Below are positions 1 through 13,325 of a DNA stretch of 64,000 bases, in pieces. Source of the DNA: Raillietiella orientalis. Its lineage: Eukaryota. The stretch is taken from positions 372,001 through 436,000 of the forward strand of contig JAYWIR010000022.1 in NCBI GenBank assembly GCA_036172245.1. The letters are read 5' to 3'. The translations under genes and the position numbers were made by a program. The notes beneath the pieces were generated by a model. It saw only the letters and a list, made by a program, of their open reading frames with translations, ran no database searches and was not told the origin of the DNA. Each line of letters opens with the position of its first letter. Position 1 is the stretch's first letter.

Positions 1-91
1 TACATCCAAAAGCTGTACTATATTTGAATGATTAAGCTCTTTGAGGACGGAAATTTCACGGATGGCAGTACTTGGCACTCCTTCAGATTCC
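1..91 (-). CDS. CDK2: CDK2-like coding exon 2 (continues beyond the window start)
   Basis: TTTCAG acceptor ends at 92, followed by G+[30 protein letters not shown]. The phase matches exon 1 (intron 92-562). Confidence 0.92.
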
Positions 92-562
92 CTGAAAGTC
101 TCAACATAACAATTGCTCTTTAATACATGCACAAATTAAAAAAATCAATAATACTCACCACTCAATATAACTTCTAGAAGACACATTCAGAAATGTAACA
201 TAGGTACTGATCACTGTGATATGAATTACACTAACATAACAGCAGTGAAGTTCCTATGTCACCTAACTGCAAAAACTATTACTGTAGGTTAGATGCTAAA
301 ATGTAAGCTGAATCCCATGGTGCTATGATCTCTTAAAATAGGAACATAACCTCCACAGAATAAAGCTAACATTTTTAACATAAAATGAAACATACATCAT
401 GTACCTTGCACTAGTAGATCACAGATAAGAACATGTAGGTACTTGATCTGTGATATGTGTGATTAGCATACCACAGATGTAGTTCCTACAAAATCCTGCC
501 AAATTTTAAAATACGCTTTAATCTAGCATGAAAATGCAAAAACAATTATTATAGATACCCAC

Positions 563-678
563 GCATCCAAACGAATTCTTTTTAACGCAATAATTCGTCC
601 ATTAATTCTATCTACGGCTTTGTACACCACACCATATGTTCCTTCACCAATTTTCTCGATTTTCTGAAAACTTTCCAT
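563..678 (-). CDS. CDK2: Cyclin-dependent kinase 2-like (PSTAIRE CDK), coding exon 1
   Basis: Reverse strand reads [38 protein letters not shown]+GC (116 nt, phase 2), then a GT donor at 562-561. It contains the GEGTYG loop and ALK motif. The MExFQK start resembles CDK2 more than CDK1. Confidence 0.9.
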
Positions 679-973
679 TTGACTGTTCAGCTTTGGTTAT
701 TTTTACTGCTTCTCATGGCAACTAAAAATACACAATACTATAACACAAGATAAAAGACATTAAAGTAATTTTTTGATAACATTATTAAATTACATACTTT
801 TATAAGCAGGATTTCAATTTCCTTAGGACAGGGTGTCTGTTTGATTACCATACAAAAATAACATCAAAAAATTTACAACTAGTCACAACACGCTCACATA
901 AACAAATCTGACCATAGCTTCACAATTTTTATAATTACCATGGGTTTAAACAATTTCCTAACCATTTTATCAG

Positions 974-1010
974 AGCGCGTTCCCGCGCTTATCTCTGAGA
1001 GATTATTGGT
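974..1010. promoter_or_regulatory. Candidate CDK2 promoter: E2F-like site plus inverted CCAAT
   Basis: An isolated CpG patch, AGCGCGTTCCCGCGCT (TTCCCGCG at 980-987), lies in AT-rich DNA about 300 bp upstream of the ATG, with ATTGG near 1005. Motif inference only. Confidence 0.4.
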
Positions 1011-4000
1011 TCCAGTATGACGCATCAGTGTATTGATTCTACAGAATAATTTAAAATAATTTGGTTTTTATCGAATCTCATTAAAGCCAATAAATAGCAT
1101 TTTTTAAAAATTAGCAGCAGTTATTTAATCAGGATTACTGAACACATCCATCAATACGAATTCACAAATCAAAAGATGGCTGTTTGTTCTGTACATGTTT
1201 GTTATTAATTCGTGTAAATTGTTAGTATTTGTCCTTAACATCCTCATTTGCTTTCTTTCGAGTAGCGGAAATTGTGTGTAAAAACAAGTAGACTTGAAAT
1301 TCAGAAAAAAAGCTGAAAAGCAAATCATATATGCTGCGATATAAAATACTACATACCGAACAGTTTTTAGCAAATACTCTACAATATAATAGAAAAGCAT
1401 TATTATTATTATTATTCAAAAAAAAAACAGAATTATTCTGATAACTATGAAACGGGGAAAGAATCACATGTTTAAAAGAATCCTACATCATCAGTTACCA
1501 TAAATGTATAAAAAACAAAATCCAGTTCATCACCAATGAAAACTGTCTTGTGATATTTTCACTAATTAGCACCTCCGTCGTCTAATTAGTAGTAGGAGAA
1601 ATAGTGATCTGAAGTGCGGATTCTTCGTAGGAATCGTATTTTTTTTCCTTCTTCTTCTCTGCTCCGTACACTACGAGAGTAAAATAACGAGGCTATACAA
1701 CTCGTCACCTAGGAAACTCGATGGAATTTTTTTTGAAAATTTCAGGGCGCTTTTATCGAAGAAATCAGATTTTAATATTTCAAGCAATTATTCCATAGAT
1801 TTTCAGTGAATTAATTTTCAAGTACATCTCCCCATTTCCCATTAACGAAGTACTTCCGATAGTCCATTTTTTGACCAATACATGAGGAACATTCATGAAT
1901 AGATTAACCATGAATAAAATGCTGTCAGCTCACTTAACAGGGACTAAGAATAAAATTCTGATACGAGCCGTCACATGGTTTGAATCTCATTCAAAAGCCC
2001 TACAAACTGTAAAAGTAAACTGGTTCATGCAGCTGGATTCAAATTCATGACTTCATGTGCAAATAAATACCTGCAATCACGTGGGGATTTGTGTGTAATT
2101 AAACGGTGAATTATGTAAGAGGCACCTCTTACATAATTCCGTTGGTGACTTTTCGTGGCACCATTAACGTGTCAAATTGTGTGAAATTTCAGCTATCTTT
2201 TGCACCGGCTGACTCCTTTGCAACCCTTCCCCTCGCCAGGCTCTTAGCTTTTCATTCAGGAGCGAACTTTCCCAAACCGTGGTGCGCTGCACATGGATTC
2301 CCTACGGACGTTTCCCGTGGTTACGCCGACTGACTTCGTGGTCGAATGCAGGAAAACCTTTGTTGCATCTTTGTTCCTCGCAGCCACCTCACGGTCGGAA
2401 GTGCCGAGCTACTACGCAACAATACAGCAAAGGGTGCCACAAGCACGGCGCGGTTTTCCTAAACCCAAACAGCTTGAGATTTCCACTTTCGAAAAACGGT
2501 TCGAATTGCAATTCGGAAGTTACACGTGAATCCACGCGAACTCTCGCCTGCAGTGTTTCAAACGCACTTCGAATTGATGATGACTTTCTCTTTTCTGTAG
2601 GTTGGGATGAGAAGTGTTTGGAAACTGACGATGTGTGGATTTTACCTTTTTTCGAAAATTGCTCGTTGACGAATGAAGAACAATTTGCTCTGTTTCACTG
2701 TTACTGCCACGAGAACTTTCTTTCAAAAGTTCGAGCAACAGGTCATAGAGCATGCGGCCTTGTTAGCATCTTAATCATGACCGATCGTATCAGCACGCTG
2801 TATAAGAGGTGTGTTAAATGAATTAATTACAGGATCTCGTTATAGGGTCAAATAGTTACATTGTTATAGTGAATTGGTGAAACGGAAATTTGATCGGCAC
2901 CGATTATATCCAAAGTACAGTGTAACGAGGATTTCTGAAAATCCTTTTATAAAGTGCAACGCTGTACGAAAAATGACGGAACAACACAGTGACTGCAATG
3001 ATTGATTCTGTAGTTTGCATTTTCCGTTTTCGGGCACCCACTCCTCTCCAGGTCAGAAATTATGATTTCCTCTGGAAATTATGATTTCATCAGCATCTTT
3101 GATTAGCATGATTATCACGAAGTTCCACCAATAATGGAGGATTCCAGAAGTACACCGTCAGGGTACATTATTAATGATTGATTTACGTGTGTGCCTACAT
3201 ATGCTTGAGCGAGGTGAAGTGGACTGGCCGACCAGTGGAAAATCATCAACGTAATTCGAAAATTAATAATCCATACAATCCTTTTCGGAGTGTACTTCTG
3301 AAATCGACGAATGATTCTTTCACAAGTACTTCGTTCCCACCTACTGCGTGAAAAATGGAATCGGGGCTTGTGTTTGGCCTTTCTCACGTTTGCTGTGCCC
3401 AAGTGCCATCTTGTCGAAATAACCTTTCGATACAAACATTCGTTTCGTTATGCTTCTCTTCCTCTTCTTCTTCCCCCCCCACCCCCGCCCCCCTCTTGCT
3501 CTCGTTTAAAAAAAAAGAATGCGTGGCTTTAAAACACAACTGATGAGCAAATGGCAAACCTTTGCAACTTTGGCACAGCCTCCGTAGGGCACGACTGTTT
3601 ATTCGTTAGTGAGTAAAGTGTCTTTGTGATTCCCGAAAAGCTTCCAGAAAAAACGTGGTTGGCATTATTTGATGTGTGTCACCGGTGGGAAACAGACCTT
3701 CGGTCTATTCTACAAAACCTACGTCCTGATTCTCGATCTATCACAGAGTTCACTGTAGCTAGTTGGCAGATGGATGAGTGAATGTCCGTAATTTGTAGCA
3801 ACAAACCTGTTTGTATTACCGTCTCTAATGAAGCAGAATCAGATAACGTGATTCCATTCTACTGCATTCTGGCGTTTTGGTGAGAACCTCACCACGGCAG
3901 TCAAACTAGCAGCCCTTTGGTGACGAAAAGAGCTGGGGACGCGTTCCTAAGTCGGGTTTGCAAATCAGCGTGGTTACCAAGTGTGCCTAATGTACTGCAC

Positions 4001-5499
4001 CTATTTTTCAGCCGATCCAAATGTTTTCCTGGTTCTGAGGAAACAAAAACATCCAATGAAAATACACACACAAAAAAATCGAAATATGTGGTTATTTCGA
4101 AATCGGCTCTATAGATGTGCATGGAATACACGGGCAGATCTGACTACTCATCATTATTTGCTATGCACCTATTGGGAACTACACGGCCATTGCCTGTTAG
4201 GAAACCCAAACCAAATTCCAAGCATAACAAGGAAAGCAATCTTGCAGAAGATACGTTGCTAAGACAACCGTGCATCCGATGCTGCGAAACATAATGTGTG
4301 AAAGAGTGAGCATTTCTGGAAACTTGAAGGAGATACAGTGGACGCAATTCAATTAGCTTCCTGAACCTGCAGGCCTACCAACCAAAACTAGCAATCGGAT
4401 TTTAGGAAAGACGATTCGGAGGCAGGAGCAAAAACGCCTGTGGAAAATGCGAAGCCCACTTGACCTGTGTTCACCTGAACACGGATCAGGTTTGCCCGTT
4501 GGTCAGATTGGTTCAAACTCCCGTGTTCATTTAAGCTCTGAAAGGTTCCAACCGGAACCGCGTACGTAATCCTTCCTCAGCTTCCAATGAACAAAGGTAT
4601 CCCCAACAGGGGACGTTAGGAGGTTAGATCCACCCTAAAGATCTCAAGACAGAAGATGAAGTCAATTTGTTTGTAAATTTGCTCGTTATGTATGACAAGG
4701 AAAGAAAGCAAGGACTCCAGCATTGGTGTTAATGACTAGTAAAAAGACCTCCCACCGAAAGAGAAATCGGAATCCGATAGCAGCGATGGGACCTTGAGGG
4801 CTGATAAGCTATTTTACAACTGGTAAGATAAAGATGCTGAGAGATGGATATATCCTGACAAAGAAAAAAAGGAGATAAAAGGATTGCGAGGATGTTATTT
4901 AGTTCCACTCATATGAACGAACATAAAGGAACCATCAGAATTATTGTGATAAGTTACCTATAAGAGCTCATATTTACCTATAGAGGAATCACCTACAAGG
5001 GATTCGGGAACCTTCGGAAGATGTTGAAAAGCGTCAATTCCTCTTTAATTTGAGCTTCCACTTCAAAGAATGCTCCAGTATAGTTTTCCGGAGGACATTA
5101 TTTTTCCATCACGGGAGTTTTCCGTTTTCAAAGCGGCGAGGTCTCCAGTCTGGTCTCTTTCAAAAGATTCATCGTCTGCATCATCTGCTGTAGTATGGCA
5201 CTGCGTGGAGTAGCAGGAATGAAACGCGGAATGATTACGAAGGCAGGTCCTTGCCAAACACGAAGGTGCTCGCCACCGAACTCCTTGTATTAGGCGGAAG
5301 CTTTCTTACGTGTTACTTAGAGACGTAAGAAAAGGATAGAGGGGGGATAGAGGGGTCTGGGAGATAGAAATAAACTATAAATAATGCAGCTGTAAGGTAT
5401 TTGTTTAGCAAAGACGCCAAAAGGCTAGAGGCTGCTTTTGTAGATTGCGGGTTACGTTGAAGCCAAAGACTCGAGAAGCAAGCACCCAGCATGATCGTG

Positions 5500-6500
5500 A
5501 TCTCTTGCAGCTGTCCAGCTCGGAGACTTCAGCAGTGAAAAACTGCCTCAACGTTCCCTACTAGGCAGCTGGATTCGGTAGATGCCGCACTGCACATGGG
5601 TTCTTTACTGAAGTCTGGAAAGATTCCAGGATTTGAATTTGAGAGAGAATGGCTCGAGGTGGCACCGTTTGACACAGAGCCTTCAGATCTCTCATCAGAG
5701 GGCGTGCGAAGACCGGGGAATCTTGAAATTAGGAATACAGAGTCCCCGTGAGAAGAAAAGCAGCTTTTGCAATGGCATGCCGAAAAATGTGAGAAATCCA
5801 TTTTAAAATCCGTCTTGAACCAGTCAAAACAGTCCAGCCGATGCCCAGCTTGCATTCCCGTTTGAATGCACCTGTTTAAGATGTACAAAAATTTGGTTAG
5901 CGTTCTTATTCGGTCACTCGTTTGTGCTGTTGGAGCAGGCTTTGAGGTCTAATAACTACTGACGAGCACCTTCACTTTCCCCGATTTCTCACATTTTATC
6001 TCCTATTTTATAAAGATCAAGTCCAGTTTTTCGAAACAATACACACACACACACGAAGACGTGTAAGTTTTCATCTGTTTCTTCATCTTCGGCTGTAGAC
6101 GCTTTAGTTCCCTTGCTTGCAACAAACCGCGCAAGAAGGTCCACGACTTACCATCCCTGTTTCTTCTCTCTTAAATCGGATGGGGAGAGTGGTTGTTTGA
6201 GCCTTTGCTCAACAGACCGCATTCTTTTGGTTCAAGAGAGTGTGTGCCACCTTCTCGCCCCCTGCACCCACGCCAAAGGCAAAGAAGTTCGCTCCTCTGC
6301 CAGTTCACCGTGTGGCGCGACTTTTGATCACTTTCGTGAGTTCCAGCGGGAATTCGCACGGGAATTCCTCACCAGCAAACCCAGGTGAAGTACTTGCAGC
6401 TCTCTCCTGTCAAGCTCAAGCCGATATTTCAAAGCTTTCAAATTCGGCATTTTTTCAGCTTCTTCGAAGTTAGCAGGTTCGAGCTCAATAAGCCCCACTG
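5500..6500 (-). mobile_element. Degraded LINE ORF1-like remnant
   Basis: NRCIQTGMQAGHRLDC resembles a decayed zinc knuckle, preceded by GEVKV. Heavily disrupted. Confidence 0.25.
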
Positions 6501-6549
6501 GGGAGCTGTTATTTCTTTATAACAGATTGGGGGTTTGTAGAAGTCTCCT

Positions 6550-7800
6550 TCAGCGGAAAGACGGAAAGTTGAGTACCAATAAATACACTTTCGATTGGTT
6601 TCGAGGTAAATGGGCCTCCAGGAAACTCAAGCGATCGTTCAAGCACCTAGATTGGTGATCCAGGAAATCTTTTAATGGGAACATTCCGCCTTCCTAATTC
6701 TCGGGGCTATCCTTTGAGGCTTCCGAATTTCAAAACTGTGCATGAAAAAAAAAAAACACAAAAAATCGCTGAATCCATTCGCCCAAGAAGGCGAATAAGA
6801 GAAACCTCATGAGGTCGACAGCAAGGATCTTATGCTTTTGATTTTTTTTTAAAAAAAAAACGTTAGATTTTTGCTCTCCAGCAAACTGCCTCGTTTTCTT
6901 CTTTGAAGAGTGATAACTGTTTAGGCGATAAAAAGATACATCCAGTCCCCGGTTCCCATAAATAAGTATCGTTCACGGCCTCTACCAGCGGGTGCATCTT
7001 CTGCAGCAACTGCCGATCGAGAACATTCCCCAAAAACCAAATTTCGCGCTTTTCTATCAGGGAAGCTGGTGCTTCGCAGATGAAAAAGGATCCCAATTCG
7101 GTCAGGGATGCTTCGTGTTCTGGAAGCAACAAACGCAGAACAGTGGTTAAAGGAATGGGGTTTGGGAGGGGAATGGCCGAGTCTGTTCTGTGGAAACGAA
7201 AGTATCGTTGCATGTTCCCCTGTAGGGACGTGCTCTTTTATTTTTGATAATTACGCTTCTGGATGTGGAAAATGGATGTGCAGTTCCGTCTGCAAGCACT
7301 CCTTCGTGCGTCTTCGTGTTAATTTCTTGAGCCTTCGACCGGGACTCGCAGCATGAGAAAGAGTTCCAGCACCACCAGCCAAGCCGGGATCGCATTTCTT
7401 CCTTCAGATCTCCAAGACAAGAATGTTGCATGGAATTTCCCTACGTCCGCAAGGAGTTTACACGATCTTCGACCTATTTTGCAACTTTCCACAAACGAAG
7501 GGAACCTTGAATGGGGAAATCATTCCTACGCGTGTAGCTGCGATTCCCTGCGCTTGTGATGAAATGCATGCGCCCCTATATAATGATGCACAAAGCTGTA
7601 AATCGGGTGCAACTGCATATTTTAATTACTCGGGATGTGTCTGAAGTTTGCGTGCGGTCACGTGGGTCCTCTCGCTTTGAATTCCATCCTTTTCGGTCAA
7701 AGAGAATGGAAGGAAGGATAAGGTAGGAGGAAGGACCTTGTGTGAGCACAGAAGAGGCACAGAAGATCTCTTGATTGCATTTCCCGGATATCCTTGTTTT
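6550..7800 (-). mobile_element. Degraded L1/Tx1 reverse transcriptase remnant
   Basis: LLADVGKFHATFL near 7430-7460 resembles LLNxDYKILAKIL. Downstream decayed RT-like segments occur in the expected order, with many frameshifts. Confidence 0.35.
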
Positions 7801-10475
7801 CGGTCTCGCCGATCGATAGCGCGAACGAATGGCCTAGTCGTGGATGTTTTATCCAACGTTTCTAAGACAATAAAATGCGGAATCTGCCTCGCCGTTTACA
7901 ATGGAAAAAGGATCACGTTCCCGTTAGGAAGCCTTATTTCTCATGTTGCACGTTCGCAAGGGTTTTTCTTTCTTTTTTCCCCCCTTCGAATACAAACACA
8001 CAGTGGGAAGGAAAGTACCCGTGTTCAACCCTACCTGCTGTTGCCCAGGGCGACACGCATCGGACTGCACGTTGGAACTGCGAACTCCACCCGAGCTCCG
8101 GCTCGACGATGCCCCCGAGTGACGGGGTGTATTTTTAAGGTTTCCCCCGTCGAGCGAGCAACAATGGAGGATAAAAATATTGTAAATGTATGCCCATTGT
8201 TGTATAGGCATGCGCGGGACGCTTCGGTCCGTCGGTGAGGCTGCTTCTGCCTGTCACTCCCGCGCTGTCGTGGAAACGGAAAAATAAAGGGTGAAGAGGG
8301 CAGGACGGCGGATCCTTTTTTTTTTTTTTTTGTTCTTCTTTTCCTGCCCAGATGGCGAAACACACGCACGCTGCATCCCTTTTTGCACAGGTCACCCCCG
8401 TGGCCTCGCGGCTGCTTTCCGAAAATCGGAAACCTCTGGCGTACAAGAAGCCGTTGCTAGGGCGCCCTTGACTGGGTTGTCTCAGGAAACGGGCGCGAAA
8501 TCCGCCCCCGCTTCTCCCATAACGCTTCACTGTAGCGGGAAAAGGCCTTTGCCGCATGTCCAGGACACGTGTGTGATTCCCGCGTCTCCCGAGAGGGAGG
8601 TTTTTGTTCTTCCTTCCTTACCCCGCCCCCCCTCCCCCTTTTTTTTCCTTTAGGAAGTCTTGATTCGTGTTGGGCCCTTCTGTCCGGTTCAGGAATCTCA
8701 CTGAGGCTAATAGAAGGCTGAAGCACTGCCAGTGTTGAGCCACAAGGCGAAGGTTCGGGTTAGCAGTGAGATGAATCGAACGCCATCGCCTTTAAATAGA
8801 ACCCATTGGCTCATCCCGTAAGCAGCGGTTCTGGCAGCTGATTCGATTACTGTGTGCTATTTTGAATTACATTAGTTTGCTTCGAATCTGTGCAGCACAC
8901 TCTCGACTGCTGCAGCTTTCGCAATGCGGAGATGGAAGAATAGACGGGCAAAGCATTTTTTTTCTTCCTTCTTCCGGGCGCGCAGTCTGCGACGAGTTGC
9001 TTCTTCTCATGGAGAAGCAATCGATCCAGTCAGCAGTTGGCCTTTTTGCATGGAGCGCCTGAACAGCCCCCCCCCCCCCCCCATGGACAGCAACTGACAT
9101 GCCAGTAGCCAATACTGACTGACACTCATCGGAAGCAGGGAAGATCCAACAGAACACTTCAAGTGCACGTGCACGGGCTGCAGCCCTCACATGCGGACGT
9201 GAAGGCGAGAAAAAGTATTTGGGAAGAAGCAAATTCGGATCGATAACGAGGATAACGAAAAAAAGAGAAAAAAAAACTTTTTCTGAAACGATATCAGATC
9301 GATCACTCGGGTAAGAGCAAACTGCGTGAGCATTACCACTGGTCCAGCCGAACGGACTCTCCCACCACGAGCCTGGTCAATGACAGATTTCCTCGAGATC
9401 TCGCGAGCAATGCAGCAGCGATGCAGGAGCTCCGTGCCCCACGCCCCCGAAAACTGTGGGGTTTTCTTTCCATTAGGACAGATTTTTCCGTAGTTCGGAC
9501 GCACCATCAAGCAGAGCACTTGGGGCGATGATGAGTTCCTTCGCCACCCCCTCGCAAGAGCGTCGACCCAGCACGGCGTGCAGCAGCAGGAGGAGGAGGC
9601 TTCCCGCATTTTCCCTGTTTCGGAGGGAACTTCGCCCCGGCGGATGGGATCAGGCTCCACGTGAGCCCGTGCCCTCCGTTTCCAGAGCGAACGCACGTCG
9701 CTCCCCGACCACGGAGGGGGTCGGTTGCCGCAGCGCGGATCGCAGAACTCTTCGAGTCGCTGGCAACGGGGTCATCTCGGCCGCTCGCGGACTCGACACC
9801 GATCTGCTGCGAGGAGGAGTTCCGTGGACCGTGATCGCCCCATCTGCATGGGAAGGGGAGCTTTTGGTTCTGAACCTGATGAGAGAGATGCTGCGGTTCC
9901 GAGACGCAACGGCAGAAGCTAACAATGGGGTGTACAATTAGGATCTGGGAAAGGGGAGAGGTGTGGGGGAGGGGGGAGATATGGACTGCAGTTTTGCTTC
10001 CATTCAGTGTGTTTAGGATTCGTACACTCTTTTCGATCATGGAGCGATTTTTTTTTCCAACTGCGCGAGCTGCTCGACCTGCGGGGCAGTGTGCACCGTG
10101 GATGGTCGCTCCGGTGTTCCCCACGCGTGAAAGTTCATCAGGTCCTCCCCGAAGAATTGCGGAGTTGCTCCGGAACCGAAGTGGCTGGCCCCACGCTGAA
10201 AGGAGGACGTGTGCACAAACACGAAAGACACCTTACTTTCGAAGGGGACTTCGAGACTCGAGCTACGTGTGAAGGTGGTGTGCACACGGACATTCCACGG
10301 ACGATATCAGCCTGTTACCACGTGATGGGGGTTCAGTATGTCATGAAAAAAAAAAAAAATACCTGATTAGCCTAGCAAAACAAGCGCTGAAGTACGGCGA
10401 TCGTAAGCTTAACCGAAAATACATTGCCTTGGGCTTTTGCAGTAACTGCAGTAAGATTTTGCGTTCAATCGGCAG

Positions 10476-10539
10476 CCAATCATCGGCACGCAAAAGTCCT
10501 GCTTTTTTAAAACAAATCAAAGCATGGTCCCTATAAAAG
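10476..10539 (+). promoter_or_regulatory. Candidate core promoter of the CPEB1-like gene
   Basis: CCAAT at 10476-10480 and TATAAAAG at 10532-10539, about 185 bp upstream of the candidate ATG at 10723. Confidence 0.5.
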
Positions 10540-10722
10540 ACGGCTTGTCTAAACGCGGGTAGAGAACATCGTTAATTACTGGAGAACCATCTCCGGAGAA
10601 AAAGGAAAAATAATGCGTGTAAGTACTGTGATTGCCTACGTTTGACGACGATGGTGAGCCCGCGGCTCTCCGGCGTCTTGTGCTTACGCGACTGATGCCA
10701 CTGTGAGAGACCTGTCTCCGTG

Positions 10723-10873
10723 ATGACCGACTTTCGCGACGAGGAAACGGATCCTGGCTCTGTCAGAAGCCTGCTGTGCCCCGTCGTCGGCAGGACTGGC
10801 ACCATGGAGAGATGGTGCATCGAAGAGGACGACTACGTGACGATGGTCGAGGCCATCCTCTGCGGAGACGAAA
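10723..10873 (+). CDS. CPEB1: Candidate first coding exon of the CPEB1-like gene
   Basis: MTDFRDEE...DYVTMVEAILCGDE followed by a GTAAAT donor at 10874. The segment weakly recalls the N-terminal IFRRINAILD motif of CPEB1. Splicing between 10874 and 11587 is unresolved (candidate acceptors end at 11027 and 11323). Confidence 0.4.
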
Positions 10874-11587
10874 GTAAATTGCTTGCTCCTTTCCCCCCTT
10901 TCTCTTGGCCACTCCTCTCTTATGCGCGCGCTCCCGCGGCTCGAGCGGACCACCGCTTCCTTCTCGCGCAAAAATCCTGCGTCCGGGGGTCCTGACGCTC
11001 CCCTCCTCAACCTGCGGGTTTCTGCAGAGACGGGCACAACGATGCACTCCCGGTCGCTCCCTTGCCTCGGAGGACCTCGGAGGTTACGGTAGGCGTGAGC
11101 AGCGAGGGGAGTGCCTTAGACAGGACCGAAAAGGGAGGAGTGCCCTGTTCTTCGTCTGCAGGCCTCGCCCGCCTCCTCCTGTTATGCCCGCGTGCCCTTT
11201 CCCTCTTCTCGCGACCCACTGTGATTCTCCCGTTTGCGGAGGGAGAGACGCCCTGCGAGCTTTCCGTGTCAGAAGAGCGTTCCTTTCCTCCTGCCAATTT
11301 TCTTTTGCTTTTCCTTGCTGTAGCTTACCGCAAGCACTGCGACCGGAGCCCGGAAGCAGCCCGTCGCGCGTCGCCTGCCGGCACGTTGGACTCCGACTCG
11401 GACGCGGGGGCGGAGGTCTTCTTTGACGACCCAGAGGGCAGGGTCTTGTCGCCCTCCCCAGCGCGACTGGCGCTGGAAGGTTTCGGCGCAGGCGCCAGCG
11501 ATGACTCTGGGTCGCGGGAGGATGCCGCCTGCTTGAATGCGACTCGCCCCAGGCAGCGGATGGTCTTTGCCGCTGACCGTCCCGTAG

Positions 11588-11905
11588 GCTTTTCGACTGG
11601 AAGACTCATCAGGGGGTGTGGCGGCGGCGGCTACGCTCCGTCCATCAGGTACAGGTCTACCGGGTGGCTCGCGAAGCTGCGTGCTGTCCTCCATGGGCTC
11701 CTTGACTACGGGGTGCCCCAGCGGCAACGATCCTTTCGGCTCGCTCGCGGAGCAGCTTCCCCCAAAAGGGTGCGTAGTGCCCCTGCTTCCCGGAGGCAGA
11801 GACAGCCCTTCACCGAACAGCAGATCCCAGTCGTTCTTCGAGAATTCCTGCGAACCCGGCTCGCCGACGGCGGTGGCCCACAGCAGGGGGCTCAGCGCGC
11901 TCATG
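11588..11905 (+). CDS. CPEB1: CPEB1-like internal exon (Ser/Pro-rich regulatory region)
   Basis: Follows a CCCGTAG acceptor; open frame ...DSPSPNSRSQS...GLSALM; GTAAAC donor at 11906. The 50-nt intron 11906-11955 joins the next exon in phase 0. The 5' boundary is less certain. Confidence 0.55.
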
Positions 11906-11955
11906 GTAAACAAGGATGGGGTTCGCCCTGAGGACACAGGTCATGCATCCCGCAG

Positions 11956-12190
11956 GGCGAAATGACCATCGACTGCTGCAAGGAAGGCTCGTCTCCCTGC
12001 AGCAGCAGGTTGCGACTCCTCCCGCACTCCGCGCCGCCGCTGCCACCCAGGGCCGCCCAGGGCAGGAAGGGCTACGCGTCCTCGTCCTCGTCGTCGTCGT
12101 CACCTTTCGACGGCTGCGGCGATCAGGCTGCTGGAGCGGCTACCACCGCTGCCGCCGCCGCCGAGGCGGCGGCGCAGCGTGACGCCTCCG
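11956..12190 (+). CDS. CPEB1: CPEB1-like exon preceding the RRMs
   Basis: CCGCAG acceptor; GEMTID...poly-Ser/poly-Ala...AQRDAS; GTACGC donor at 12191 (phase 1). Same frame as the RRM exons. Confidence 0.7.
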
Positions 12191-12253
12191 GTACGCCGCG
12201 CCTCCTCTCCCTCTCCCGACCCCTTCCTCGCTGCCTACACATCCCGCGGGCAG

Positions 12254-12576
12254 TTCTGTTCCAGCCCATCTGCACGTGGAAGGGGACTCTGAACTTCAAG
12301 AAGAGCAAGATGTCGCGGTACTCGTGCAAGGTGTTCCTGGGAGGGTTGCCCTGGGAGATCTCCGAGCAGGCCCTCGTGGCGGTCTTCCGCCCCTTTGGGC
12401 CTCTGCGCATCGAGTGGCCCGGCAAAGAGAACCTCCTGCAGCTGTGCGGGTATGCCTACGCCGTGTTCCAGTCCGAGCAGCAGGTGCATGAGCTCGTCCA
12501 GGTCTGCACACACGACTACAGCCACGGGGGCAAGCTCTTCTACAAGGTGCCCACGCGGAGGGGCCACCTAAAAGAG
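12254..12576 (+). CDS. CPEB1: CPEB1-like RRM1 exon
   Basis: CTWKG...[14 protein letters not shown]...EWPGK...GYAYAVF...ELVQVCTHD...LKE matches CPEB1/orb RRM1. GTAAGC donor at 12577. Confidence 0.93.
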
Positions 12577-12675
12577 GTAAGCGGGACGAGGCGCGCGCCC
12601 GCTCTTTCCCCGCCGCCCCCAACACACCTCACCCCCTTTTTCGTCGGCCCCCTCCTCAAGGCTGTACCCGGCCAG

Positions 12676-12969
12676 ATTCAGGTCATCCCCTGGGCCATCA
12701 GCGACAGCAACTACTCGCTGCGGTCAGCGCAGAAGTTGGACCCGAAGAAGACGGTCTTCGTGGGCGCCCTGCACGGCATGCTGACCGCCGAGGCGCTCTC
12801 CGTCATCATGAACGACCTGTTCGGAGGCGTCGTCTACGTCGGCATCGACACCGACAAGCACAAATACCCCACCGGCTCCGGGAGGGTGACCTTCAACAAC
12901 CAGAGGTCGTACGTGATGGCCGTGGCCGTCGGCTTCGTCGAGATCTGCACGCCCCGCTTCACGAAGAAG
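12676..12969 (+). CDS. CPEB1: CPEB1-like RRM2 exon
   Basis: IQVIPW...[21 protein letters not shown]...[33 protein letters not shown]...FTKK is diagnostic of the CPEB1/orb subfamily rather than CPEB2-4. Confidence 0.95.
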
Positions 12970-13091
12970 GCACGGTGATGTTCCGTCCCCTTTTTCCCAC
13001 CCCAAGTCCCCTTCCTCTTTGCTCCAGCCTCCACCTCCGCCCACCCCCCTTTGCCCGCGCGGTCGTGTGGACAGTGTCCCTTCTCTTGCAG

Positions 13092-13325
13092 GTGCAGATC
13101 GATCCCTTCCTGGAGGACTCCCTGTGCTCCTTCTGCGGCCTCGTCTCAGGGCCTTACTTCTGTAGGGAGCTGACCTGCCTCAAGTACTTCTGCCGCAACT
13201 GCTGGCACTGGCAGCACTCGCTGAGCGCCCTCTGCCACCACAGACCCCCCATGACCAGGAACGGAAAACTCCGGTCCCTCTGCAGCAGCAGCAGCAGCAG
13301 CTCCTTGCCCTACCTTTCCTTCTGA
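13092..13325 (+). CDS. CPEB1: CPEB1-like terminal exon (ZZ-type zinc finger)
   Basis: TTGCAG acceptor; [15 protein letters not shown]...[23 protein letters not shown]...HHRPPM; TGA at 13323-13325. Confidence 0.93.
   Translation: MQIDPFLEDSLCSFCGLVSGPYFCRELTCLKYFCRNCWHWQHSLSALCHHRPPMTRNGKLRSLCSSSSSSSLPYLSF

Noticed and set aside
1100..3450. Possible minus-strand exons (1125-1320, 1560-1680), a degenerate tRNA-SINE (1920-1995) and a Tigger-like remnant (2100-3170)
   Set aside because: I found no recognisable domain, complete A/B-box pair or terminal inverted repeat that I can support.
9000..10360. Possible plus-strand LINE tail ending in an A14 run
   Set aside because: The motifs are too decayed, and homopolymer runs are common throughout the window.
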